Source: Octopus bimaculoides
Lineage: Eukaryota
NCBI RefSeq assembly: GCF_001194135.2
Contig: NC_068992.1
Coordinates: forward strand, 19,773,443-19,837,442
Direction: 5' to 3'
DNA length: 64,000 bases
In this document: positions 52,466-64,000 of the stretch, piece after piece
How the letters are laid out: the number at the start of each line of letters is the position of its first letter
Position numbering within the stretch: position 1 is the first letter of the stretch
Position numbers and translations under genes: made by a program
The notes under the pieces: generated by a model
What the model saw: only the letters and a program-made list of their open reading frames with translations
Databases searched by the model: none
What the model was told of the DNA's origin: nothing

Positions 52466-52970
52466 TATGTATTCATATATGCATATATATATTTATATAC
52501 ATATGTATATACATAAATATGTATGTATACGTATGTATACGTATGTATATATGTATGTGTGCTGTTTGTGTGTAGTGTGTGCATGCATGTGTTTGTATGT
52601 GTGTGTGTGTGCGTGTATCTTTAACTCGGGCTATATGTAACTTAGGTTAATTCCAAGATTGCAATGGTGAAGTCTCTGTTGTCCTTTCAAAATCGGTTCA
52701 ATTATGAAACGGCAGAATAGAATAATATTAATTGATTGCATAACTATTTAATCTATTAATGTTCTCGCAGATTATTTTGAAATCCAATCAAATGCTAGTG
52801 AACCAATGCCACTGAACCAATGACCATTACCACTGTGATCCCATATGTGTGTGATAGTGTATATGTATGTATATATGTGTATATGTTTATATATATATAT
52901 ACATATATGTATATATGCATATGGGTATATATATGTGCATGAATGTATGTGTATATATGTATATATATTC

Positions 52971-53004
<34 letters not shown>

Positions 53005-53597
53005 CCGTCAGTATATGCATATCTAGCAACTTACCTATATATATATANNNNNNNNNNNNNNNNNNNNNNNNNNNNNNNNNNNNNNNNNNNNNNNNNNNNN
53101 NNNNNNNNNNNNNNNNNNNNNNNNNNNNNNNNNNNNNNNNNNNNNNNNNNNNNNNNNNNNNNNNNNNNNNNNNNNNNNNNNNNNNNNNNNNNNNNNNNNN
53201 NNNNNNNNNNNNNNNNNNNNNNNNNNNNNNNNNNNNNNNNNNNNNNNNNNNNNNNNNNNNNNNNNNNNNNNNNNNNNNNNNNNNNNNNNNNNNNNNNNNN
53301 NNNNNNNNNNNNNNNNNNNNNNNNNNNNNNNNNNNNNNNNNNNNNNNNNNNNNNNNNNNNNNNNNNNNNNNNNNNNNNNNNNNNNNNNNNNNNNNNNNNN
53401 NNNNNNNNNNNNNNNNNNNNNNNNNNNNNNNNNNNNNNNNNNNNNNNNNNNNNNNNNNNNNNNNNNNNNNNNNNNNNNNNNNNNNNNNNNNNNNNNNNNN
53501 NNNNNNNNNNNNNNNNNNNNNNNNNNNNNNNNNNNNNNNNNNNNNNNNNNNNNNNNNNNNNNNNNNNNNNNNNNNNNNNNNNNNNNNNNNNNNNNNN

Positions 53598-53632
<35 letters not shown>

Positions 53633-53949
53633 TCAACGCAATCAAGAGAGATTCGTATGCCAAGTTATATCTCACCTCTATGAGGACAGTACTTACCTTT
53701 TTCAGAAATGTGAAGGGTTTTAGTTTAACATTTAAATTATTGCTCGAAAATGTTAAGTGTAATGTAAACTGTTAAGTGAAATGTAAAACGTATTTGATTC
53801 CAGTGAAGAATCAAGCAATAAGACTAACTAAAATTTGTCGTCGTATTTTAGCAGAACTAAGAGAATTTAAACAATGTTGTGAAGCAGATATTGATTTTTA
53901 TGAGCTGCTAACGTTAGTACTGCAGATATTGGTTGAACTCTTGTAAATA

Positions 53950-54491
53950 TAGCTGCTACCGCTGCTGCTGCTGCTGCTGCTATATTTGTTTATGTTGTTT
54001 TCTATTCCTTCATTATGAGGAGGAGGAGGAGGAGGAACAGGATGAGGAGGACGACATCGATAATCATCATTATTTTCATCATCATTACTATCATCGTCAT
54101 CAAAATCACCACTAAGACCGTCATCATCATAATCCCCATCCCCACTGTCTCCGTCATTGTCATCATCATCGTCATCAAAATCAACTTTGTCGTCATCACC
54201 ACCACCATCATCATCATCATCATCATTATCATCATCATCATCATCATCATTATCATCATCATCATCATCATTATCATCATCATCATCATCCCCACCACTA
54301 CCACCATATACGCATGCTCTCACACACACAGACACACACACGACCTCCACAAGCACCGTCAACATCATCATCATCATCATCATCATACTCATCATTGTGT
54401 CTTTGAGCCCTTTTCTCATTTTTCATCTCATCTCTCCCCACCTCATCGTCATCGACGTCCTCCTCGTATTCTCCTCATCCTACTTCTTCTT

Positions 54492-54558
<67 letters not shown>

Positions 54559-54560
54559 CA
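53950..54560. repeat. Compound trinucleotide array (CTG, GAG, CAT, CAC, CTA)
   Basis: Read directly; produces homopolymer ORFs in several frames on both strands. Confidence 0.9.
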
Positions 54561-55429
54561 CTTCTACCAGCACCACAACTACATGTCGGTGCATATCATA
54601 TTTGTCTTTTTGTCTTTAAAATTTGAATAAAGAATTATAACGATTGCAACATATGCAAGCGAGTATAATATCAGGTATAGAAAAATAGCTGGCTGTATCA
54701 ATAAAGATTTCGCTCAATTCTTCTCCAGGAAAACACCGCAACAGTGAATACCATACGCATTACTTTGGCTGTCAAGGGAATCTTTATAAACGATTCACTG
54801 AATTTGATTGGCTTTCAAAGTCCTATTCTTTTCCTAAATTTTATTCACAATTTTACAAAGTAAACAAAACCTGATTTCTTTGTAATCTAATTAGATTTTG
54901 TATAAACGTCAATAAAATATAACTGAAAATCGATCATGTTGTTTTCCGGTATCATTAAGTCTATTTTCATTAGCATCTTTTTGGCTACAAATGATTTATG
55001 GAATTTAGGGAGAAACTGTGTTTTGAGAAAAAGAAGTTAGAAATATCAAAAAAATAAATGTTTTTTTTTTTGGNNNNNNNNNNGGGGGGGTAGCTTTTCT
55101 ATTTTCTGGAATCAATATACTGAAAATGTGGTATTTTGTTTTAACTAATGGGCTTGTGAGTTTACTGACATGAAATATTCTCTTTGGCGGCCATGAACAA
55201 AAACATGAAACACATCGTATGATAATCTTCTCCATCGATATTGTATATTGTTTCTAAGATCTTTACTTTGCATTCATGCAAAACAAAATACCTTAATCTG
55301 AGCGATTGCACGTGAATAGGGGCCTATGAATATAAATATTGCATCAGCGTATGAATGTAAAACGTATGTTTAAGCTGATTTATTTTGTTTAATCACATTT
55401 TATTGTAATCAATTATCGTCATAAATAGG

Positions 55430-55985
55430 CACATGTTTGGTTTCGTGGTTAAGAATCTCTCTTTACAATATTTGGTTCCGTGTTCAGTTCCACTGTGCGG
55501 CAACTGTCCATGAGTTATCATCTACAACGCCGGGACGATTAATGACGTGAGTGAATTTAGTAAATGGAAGCTGCGTGGAAGCCTGTCTCTCCAAACACCT
55601 ACCCTCCACCCACATCACATACATATTTCCGGACCGATAAAATTACATACCAGATCTTGGGATCGATATAATCAAATCAGAACGTAAAGACGGACGAAAT
55701 GCCACTGAGCATTTTGTTCGGCGCGATACCGATTTTCCCAGCTCAACGCCTTACATTTCATTCATACCATTAGTTTCAAATTTTGGCACAAGGCTAGTAA
55801 GTTTAAGATGGAAGTAAATTGATTACATTGACCATGGTAATTGACTGGTACTTATTTTATCAACCTCGAAAGAATGGATGGCAAAGTCGACATCGGTAAA
55901 ATTTGTACTCCGAATGTAAAGACAGCCGAAATGCCGGTAAGCATTTTGTCCGGCTCGTTAACGATTTTGCTAGCTCGCCACCTTT
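55430..55985. mobile_element. SINE cluster: family B head (+, about 55430-55590), rearranged family A piece (55633-55754), family A (-, 55770-55985)
   Basis: Block matches to the reference copies at 2237-2457 and 8272-8820. Confidence 0.8.
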
Positions 55986-56252
55986 AGTTATTTCATAATA
56001 TTATGAAAAATAGGAAGAATTATTACTGAATTGGAATGTCTGGATATATTGCATGGTTTAAGTAATGCCATAATATTCGAAATTCTAGTGTAGCCAACGA
56101 AAAATGAAATATATAGTGTAATTGTTATCTTGCACTTAGTATAGAATTATCGCTTGAAGCAAAAGCTAAGAGGAGAAACCACTAAATGGATCTCTAATAC
56201 AAATTACATGTAACCGAGCCTGTAGGCGATGTTTTAAATGTAATGTCAAGAT

Positions 56253-56470
56253 GAAGTCGGTGAAGTGGCAGAATGGTTAGCACACCAAGTAAAGTGCTTA
56301 GTAGCATTTTACTGGTATTTACGTTCTGAGTTCAAATTCGACTGAGATCTACTTTGACTTTCATCCTTCAGGGTCGATAAAATAAGTACCAGCTGCTGAA
56401 CTCTGGGGGTCGATGTAATTGACTTACCCCATTCCCTGAAATTGTTGGTTTGAAGTTTGAGACCAACATC
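56253..56470 (+). mobile_element. SINE family A, near full length
   Basis: gtcggtgaagtggcagaatggttagcac...tacgttctgagttcaaattc...gggtcgataaaataagtaccag...ggggtcgatgtaattgacttaccc. Confidence 0.9.
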
Positions 56471-56718
56471 AGTGTCTAGATGGAACAACATTTAGAAACG
56501 TTCTCCTTTATATTTGTTGACATAAAAAAGCTCAGGAATATTTTGCATTTTATCTTGTATATTTCTAAATAAATGAGATGAATATTATGTTTGATCATTC
56601 TAAAATAGATAAAATACGTTGTGTGCCCCTTGAGCCGTAGTTGCTGTTGAAGGCACGCTAACCCACACGCTTGCTCTGACAGTGTTTCATTGTTTGGAGC
56701 CGCACACAGAAGCATTAC

Positions 56719-56900
56719 TTAACCTGCTGGAACATTAGGTCGTTGGACAGCCACGCCTGCGGACCGTCGTTAGATGATGTCAGTACTCATTCGTAGGGCC
56801 CGTGGGAAAATCATTAGTCAGAGCCGGCTGAAAACATCCCTGTTGAATACTGCAAGTACGAGTTGGCTGTGCACCTTGTGGTCTACTATCATAGGGGAGA
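56719..56900 (+). mobile_element. Possible decayed N-terminus of an RTE-type apurinic-like endonuclease
   Basis: LTCWNIRSLDS at 56719 resembles the LINE APE start motif (.ACWN.RT.LD); WLCTLWS in a shifted frame resembles GYTL.WSG. GC-richer than its flanks. Confidence 0.35.
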
Positions 56901-59644
56901 CAAACACTCCTACATTAAATTATGTTGAGATGGGTTTAAAGAATTGGAGCATACGCCGAAAAAATAATACAGAGTATAATCATGAAATTGCTTTTATTTT
57001 CTACACATTACAAAGATCTTGAAGCTTCCAGTCGTTGGTTATTCATGTCATACTTCACAAAATTCAATTTAACCTGCACCTGTCTTTTGTGTTATAAGAG
57101 CAGCATAGATTGTTCTAATACCGTAAATTCTCAATTGTATTTTAGTACGCGACTTACGTTAGGGTTTAGGCTTTTAGGGGTCTATGGATATATATAAGAA
57201 GCCATTCTAGAATCTATTTGATTAACATGTCTCGCTATCTTGTTATATTCGTAGAGACGACAAAAAAAACAAAAAGAAAAAAAAACAATGGTCGTGTGAG
57301 TGGAAAATAATATGTTATCTAAATTCGTGTTTATCTTCCTTCCCAATTAATACTATCTTTTCACTCTACATTTAGCTGGCAAAAACATCAAAGTAAGCAG
57401 AAATAATTTAAAGTTCATTAGTAACAATGATGTCCAGCGATATATTTTTTTATAGTTATCTAGTTGCAAACAGATTCTTAAGTATACGTATCTAAGATCA
57501 TTAGCGTATACATTCACTTACACTAACGTGAGCGGAACATCAATATAATTTATTGAAATTCATTTATATACTGTAAATCAAAAAAAGAGTATCCAAACCG
57601 GCGTTAACTATTCATTAGAAAAACTATTAGTCTCTAGAGAAGTAATTGGTATTGCGTTAAGTACATGATATATTGTACATTTAATAATCACAATTTTCTT
57701 CACTTCAGATATCGTACAAATTCTCTATAAATCCCTATACCAGACGGAAGCTTTTAGTTGAAGGTGATCAATATTGTAGAATATACTACGACATTATTTA
57801 TAAAATTAGATTACTTGTTATCGCTATTTGAAACTAGTAGTTATGTTAGAAATAATCATTTGGAGACAAAATGGAATGTGGAAAAACGAAGCTTTAATAC
57901 TTTATTCGATGGTAACTGATACAGCATTTAAAAAGATCTTAATAGTCTTGTAATGTATTTGATGAAAAACAAAAGCAACATAAAATTTCAATTCATTTTA
58001 ATTGAAGCTTCCAATGGCGCATTTTAAATTGAATGTATAATAATACGTCTAGAAGAATTTGTGATACCATAGAATAAGCTGAAGTTACTGAAAATTAAGT
58101 ACTTCAACGATGTAACAAGATTAAATTACTAAAATTGTTAGAAAGGCATAAAGACCGCAACGACATATATAACTGTACTCTGACAATTGATATTTAATAT
58201 CCAGAATGTATTCTGTGACATACGATTCAGTTCTTGATTTAAGGAAAAACAGTTTACATCGTATCTCATTTAATATTACCTTAATCCTGTAATGTAGAAA
58301 CATTCCACTCCTTCTTAAAAAAAATTAAAATGTTCGAAAATTCTCATTTTTCAAATTTTATTTCGCCTTTGAAAATATGAGGCTCTTCAATATTAAGAAA
58401 ATCGATATTATGAATAGTCTGCCCAAGTTATGTGCTCACGCAATAACCATTATCATAAATAGGTGTTCTTAGTTGAAACGGGGAAAAAGAGCCAACTTTA
58501 CATTACAGTTTTGGGGAATAAAAATTTCACTTTAGCTGTACAATAGAAAACAAAACAATACTTTATATATAGAATGGAGAATAACCTCAGACAAGAAGCA
58601 ACAAGGGAGTCGCATTGTGTACATTTTTATTCGTGTTACTTTTGCCATTTGGATTGGCATAAGTAACTATCGCGTTCACCGTTTCCTTCCCCAGTTCCTT
58701 TTCTAAATTTTAGTGCGTAAGTACCTAGACAATGCTTGAGTTAGAAATAGATGATATTATCATACTTTTTACTTGGTGAATAATTTATGTTGATTCCTTT
58801 AGATAATTTGTTAATTCCCCTTCACATACATCAATAAACATCGCTGGGAAGTGCCTAAATGTCATTCTCAACTTGACTACACTCTTTGTTCTTTTTTCTT
58901 ATTGACACCATTAATACTTATTTAATATAACTCAAGAGCGGCGGAGTGATAGGAGCGTTAGAACAGTGAAGTGGAATAATAAACACTATTTACTACGTCG
59001 ATTATTTCATGTCCTTGTGAAGGTAGGGGATGTATTAAATGATTTGAACAATGACCTACACATCCCTTATTCCACATGGAGTCAATTTACATATTGAGAC
59101 ATTTGCATTGATCAGTTTTCGAATGCATTGATAAAACTCTGAATGTCAATATTGTTTTTTATTATAATATGATACATAGATACAAAAATACGTTCACACA
59201 GAACATACATACTCCACCGCCTACATTTTCTCTCCGAAGAGTGGCCACTAAACAGCGGAACGATCGTGAGGAAACTGACACTTTTTTTTACCACATTTTT
59301 AAAGTAGAGTTTGAATGCTATTACTAAGACATACATACATACACAAGTAAGAAATAAATAATTTTCTAACTTCAATAAAGTAATCGATTAATTAATGACT
59401 CCATTAAATCTATCACAAAATATTACTTACTGATATTTTTATTTTCTATACCTATACCAGAATAATTAAATGGTAAATTTGATTTATAAGCCATGGATTA
59501 TTGGTGGCTGTAAATGACAACAAAATCCATGCAGGTCATGGATTAGTTACCATAGAGTTTCATTTTTATATTTAAGTACCAGAACACTGTTTCGCATTCC
59601 TAGAATTAAGTAAATTCAGGTCAAAAGGAGAAGTAATAGAAAGG

Positions 59645-59812
59645 AAGGCGATGAGCTAGCAGAATCGTTAGCACAATCGTTAGCCTTTCATTTTACTATG
59701 CCTTTCATTCTTTCGCGGTCGATAAGATAGAGTACCAATTTAGCACTGGTTAGTCGATTGCGTCAATAACCCTCCTCTATCAAAAACTTCAGGCCCTATG
59801 ACTATCGTACAA
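59645..59812 (+). mobile_element. SINE family A copy with internal deletion and a short duplication (aatcgttagc x2)
   Basis: ggcgatgagctagcagaatcgttagcacaatcgttagcctttc...cggtcgataag...aacttcaggcc. Confidence 0.8.
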
Positions 59813-60407
59813 TGAAAGCAAAAGTGTAAAATAAATTTAATATCTTCACGTTTTGTCTGTTTCTGTACTCTTTCTAACACTCCACTGCATCAGGAATAAG
59901 AAGAATAGTACAATATATTCACAGACTACCAAGTCGGTTTAGCATTACATTTTTATATTAGTATTTACAACCACATCAACTAATAAACAGATTCGCAATC
60001 GATTTTTAAAATCTTGACTGAAATATTGGAATTCTTGAAATTTCAATAACTTCTTTGATGTAACAATAGAGAAACTCACTTCTTTGTGGCTGGGATAAAA
60101 CCAAAGATTATATATTATTTGATGATATTTTTAATCATAAATTTGGATAGGACATATTCATTCAAACCTCGAATTTCTAGTAATTAATGACCTAAAACAG
60201 AATGTTATCATCAAGTACAATAACACTATACAGCTATGCATACATACAGGTATACACATATACACACGCATATTCACACGACATGTATACATACAGGTGT
60301 AAATATGTACGAGAGAATATTCATACGTACATACGTACATATGTATATATATATATATATATATGCATAGATATATGTGTATATGTATATATATCTATAT
60401 CTATATC

Positions 60408-60444
<37 letters not shown>

Positions 60445-60724
60445 NNNNNNNNNNNNNNNNNNNNNNNNNNNNNNNNNNNNNNNNNNNNNNNNNNNNNNNN
60501 NNNNNNNNNNNNNNNNNNNNNNNNNNNNNNNNNNNNNNNNATATATGATATATATATATGGGGGTGATAGAAAGTCTGGGACAGTATGGGAGACAATGAC
60601 ACATGTATACAATTTTGTATATAGTCTCGCTTACATAAGCATACATATGTAGGTATCTATGTATATATACACATACAAACACGCACACACACATGTATAT
60701 ATACATATTGTCATATTATATATG

Positions 60725-60761
<37 letters not shown>

Positions 60762-60762
60762 A

Positions 60763-60797
<35 letters not shown>

Positions 60798-63305
60798 CTG
60801 TGTATATATGCATTTGTCTATGTATGTCTGTGCGTGATTGTATGATACTGTACGTCCAGGTTCATTCAGACACATATAACGATAATAATTCACTATTTAT
60901 TGCCTCTAATGTCTGCAGGATTTCCTATAGCTAGGAACTGAACTAGAGGTTAAAATAAAATCAATGTCTTCTGACCAACAAAAGGGGACACAATTAGTTT
61001 ATATATGCGGCATTGGAAATAGTCACTGTTTCATGCTATCTCGTCGTTTATTGCTTCAGCTTGAAACACAGTGAAACGCTGGTTTGATTTATTCAAAAAT
61101 ACTATTTTATTTGAAAGCATACTGCGTCAATCTAATGTTTAGTTCTAAGAGCTATCGATCTGTTCTACTGCTATCAACTAAAGTTCTCTCTCTCTCTCTC
61201 TCTCTCACTCTTTTGTTTTTGTTATACCTATATTGCTACAAGTGTGGACGTAAACTAAATTTTTACATAAGTCCTCGCCATAAGATAGGTCAAGTTTTAA
61301 AAGGAATGTTCTGTGTATATGTTATTTACGCTTTGTCATAAATATTAGCAACCTAAGTTAAATACAAGATCGAATACGTTAGAACAGACCCACTCACTAA
61401 TTCTGTTAAACTCTATGTTATCCGACACAAAATTTGAAGCCGACTTGTTGATGATTATGTGGGTGTTAGCGTATCCACGTAGAGATTACTATGCAGATTT
61501 TGTTTCGATTTTTAATTACATGGAAGTATAATTTACTTAATGTTTTTGACAATCATATCTCGATATTTTGTGAACATTTTACTTTATATAAATCATGGAA
61601 TAACTCATTCCTCATTCTTGTAAATAACGTTTCTGACTATAGAAAATATTGATTGCTGTGGCTTAGAGACAAGTTAAAGATATTCCGTGACAGATTCTTG
61701 GACAAATGCTATTGGCAACTTTTGAGAGGATTTTATCAGCGCTACATATAAAACCTCAGTCTCGATCTACAGATAACAGTTTAAAATAACGAAAAATATG
61801 TCAAAAATTAATATCAAGTATATAATGAAATTCATTGATTTTACCGACGTAAATACTTCTACATGAGGCGAAAATATCGAATCGACTAGTAATTTATGCA
61901 AATGTATGAGTATGGTCAAATATAATTTAATTTATGTGAACATAACGAGTATGTAATCTATATGACCATAGCACCTCTATAATTGATAGCATTAATACGT
62001 ATCTGAATATCTAGTCATCAGCACTGTAGGTATATGAATTTAGTGACTAAATGTGAAAATATATGAGGAAACTACGCGTAGATAAACAAATATATTAGAG
62101 GCAGACTTTTTCCTTCTTTAGAAAATATATGTAAAAACCGACGGGGATACGTACTTGCATACCTGCTACCATTTCAATGTTGTGATGGAATAAATGAAAC
62201 GATTTCAAATGAAAAAAAAAAAGAACAAATTGAGGCTTTTATTGAATAACGCCATATATCATTCACCGCACAGTCAAAAATATTGAAAAGACGTGTATGA
62301 ATTCAGTATTGATTTCCATTTTAAGTATATATTGGCATTAATTCTAATATAATTAAATTTGATTATTTCCAGGATAAGACTGCACTGAATGTAAATATGA
62401 CAAAAGACTGCAAAATTTCATGAAAATAAAACACAAAATTATCGATTATATAATACATACATATAAACACAAGCACCCAACTACACACATATACACACAG
62501 AGTGTATATACATATATACTTACATACACACACACACACATACACACACACGCACACACACAAACATACGCACATATATGTATGTGTGAATGTATGTATG
62601 CATGTACGTATGTATGGAACATTACATACTCATATACAACAATATATGCACCGATATTAACCGAATATTCAAAACCAGTCTCGCCTCTACTCATCAGCGA
62701 AATGCTATATCACAAGCACTACCACCACTGCCACGAAGATTATCGTCACCGCCGCCGATACTGCCACCACTTTCATCATTACAAATACAGCTATCGTCTG
62801 TAATAATCAGCGTACACCTATTACAAATATATCGCCGTTACAACCGGTATTCTCCATTCATGTCTGTCGTGATCATGTTGCTCATGTAATACTTTACTCG
62901 AACACTTTTACAACAATGTTCAGGGTTTTGCTTCTAATAAGCGAACGATATTAATTTGGTTTAAGAAGGGATTCAAAGCCAAAAAAATGTTTGGTAACAA
63001 TAACCTGCTTATAGTATTTGTCGTAAGACTATGGAAGACGTAAGCGTGAATATGTTTGAATATCTGATCGGCCATTCTGGTTTATAGCATGAGAGGAAAA
63101 TTCGGCCATGTTTGATGAATGCTGCAATTTGATTTAGATTTGTCTTATTTTTCTAACAAGAGTATATTCATCATTCTCTGTAATAGCAACTCCACTTTCT
63201 CTGTATGTACGTGCATATATGTATGGAATGCAAATATATGATGTAAATATTAAGTCAAACACGCTTTCGATAGATAATGATAAGTGCTGACATCGACACA
63301 CACAC

Positions 63306-63350
<45 letters not shown>

Positions 63351-64000
63351 CATACATACATATATATATATATATGTATGTATGTATGCATGTATGTTTC
63401 TATGTACGTATATATGCATTGTGGTACTTCTCCGATGTTCAGTGATGAATATGGAGTCGTTGGATCAACTGCTTTGCGTGCTCCTGAACTTACATCTATG
63501 AAAATTCCAGTAATGTGTACCATTACCACTATTCACTGACAGAATCACCATGAGAAAGTGTGACAGGTCTGTACATTTCAATGAGAGGTACAAACTATTC
63601 GACAAGCTTCTATACATTGTCTGGCTAACCAATTGCAATCACAAGATCTAGGTCGACTTATAGCTATATAAAAATTGCATCGTCCATGATGACATGCATG
63701 ACATGCATTGAAATAGAGTACATATCTCGTTGTTTCAAAACAAATATTTGAACCATCCGTCTATACTTGAAACATGAATAATGCAAACTGTACAATTATG
63801 TATTTGAAAGCTATGATCGAAGTGCGCAGATTTAGTTGTAAAAAAGCGTAGTCCTCAATTAGATAAACTGTTAAAGGAATGCTGATTTCTATCGGTATAA
63901 TTTTCATTGATCAGAGTTCTACCACACCTTTCATATACCAAAATAATTTTCAGTCTGAATTCACTCCCTTCTCTCTCTCTCTCTCTCTCTGTATGTATAT

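Noticed and set aside
53898-54630. Poly-D, poly-M, poly-I, poly-S and poly-H ORFs
   Set aside because: Translations of a compound trinucleotide microsatellite, open in several frames on both strands, with no unique domain.
58636-58668. Short hairpin gttacttttgcca/tggcataagtaac (also 21818-21843, 40232-40250, 48701-48751)
   Set aside because: Stems of 8-13 bp, mostly with mismatches or A/T runs, are expected by chance in 64 kb of AT-rich sequence.

Overview
AT-rich eukaryotic genomic DNA from a gapped short-read assembly. There are 13 N-runs, most next to (TA)n or other dinucleotide tracts. The tRNA-derived SINE families and the extreme microsatellite density resemble an octopus/cephalopod genome; this is inference, not a database result. 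I cannot support any intact protein-coding gene. The ORFs in the track come from microsatellite translation, N-runs or decayed retroelements, so the window looks intergenic or intronic. It contains (i) several dozen copies or fragments of at least three SINE families that share modules, (ii) decayed non-LTR retrotransposon fragments: an R4/Dong-like RT-CCHC-RLE piece at 28.4-29.4 kb and RTE-like pieces at 22.1-22.5, 46.9-47.1 and possibly 56.7-56.9 kb, and (iii) many simple repeats. The most notable unannotated signal is two type I hammerhead-ribozyme folds, each with one lesion in the catalytic core. One is at 223-271 (- strand). The other is at 3028-3080 (+ strand), inside a 326-bp unit with a 55-bp terminal redundancy, which is the layout expected of a retrozyme or Penelope-derived circular-RNA retroelement. 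There is also a perfect 30-bp hairpin, an inverted duplication, a tandem duplication and a SINE split by a 675-bp insert. Family labels A/B/C are my own within-window names.
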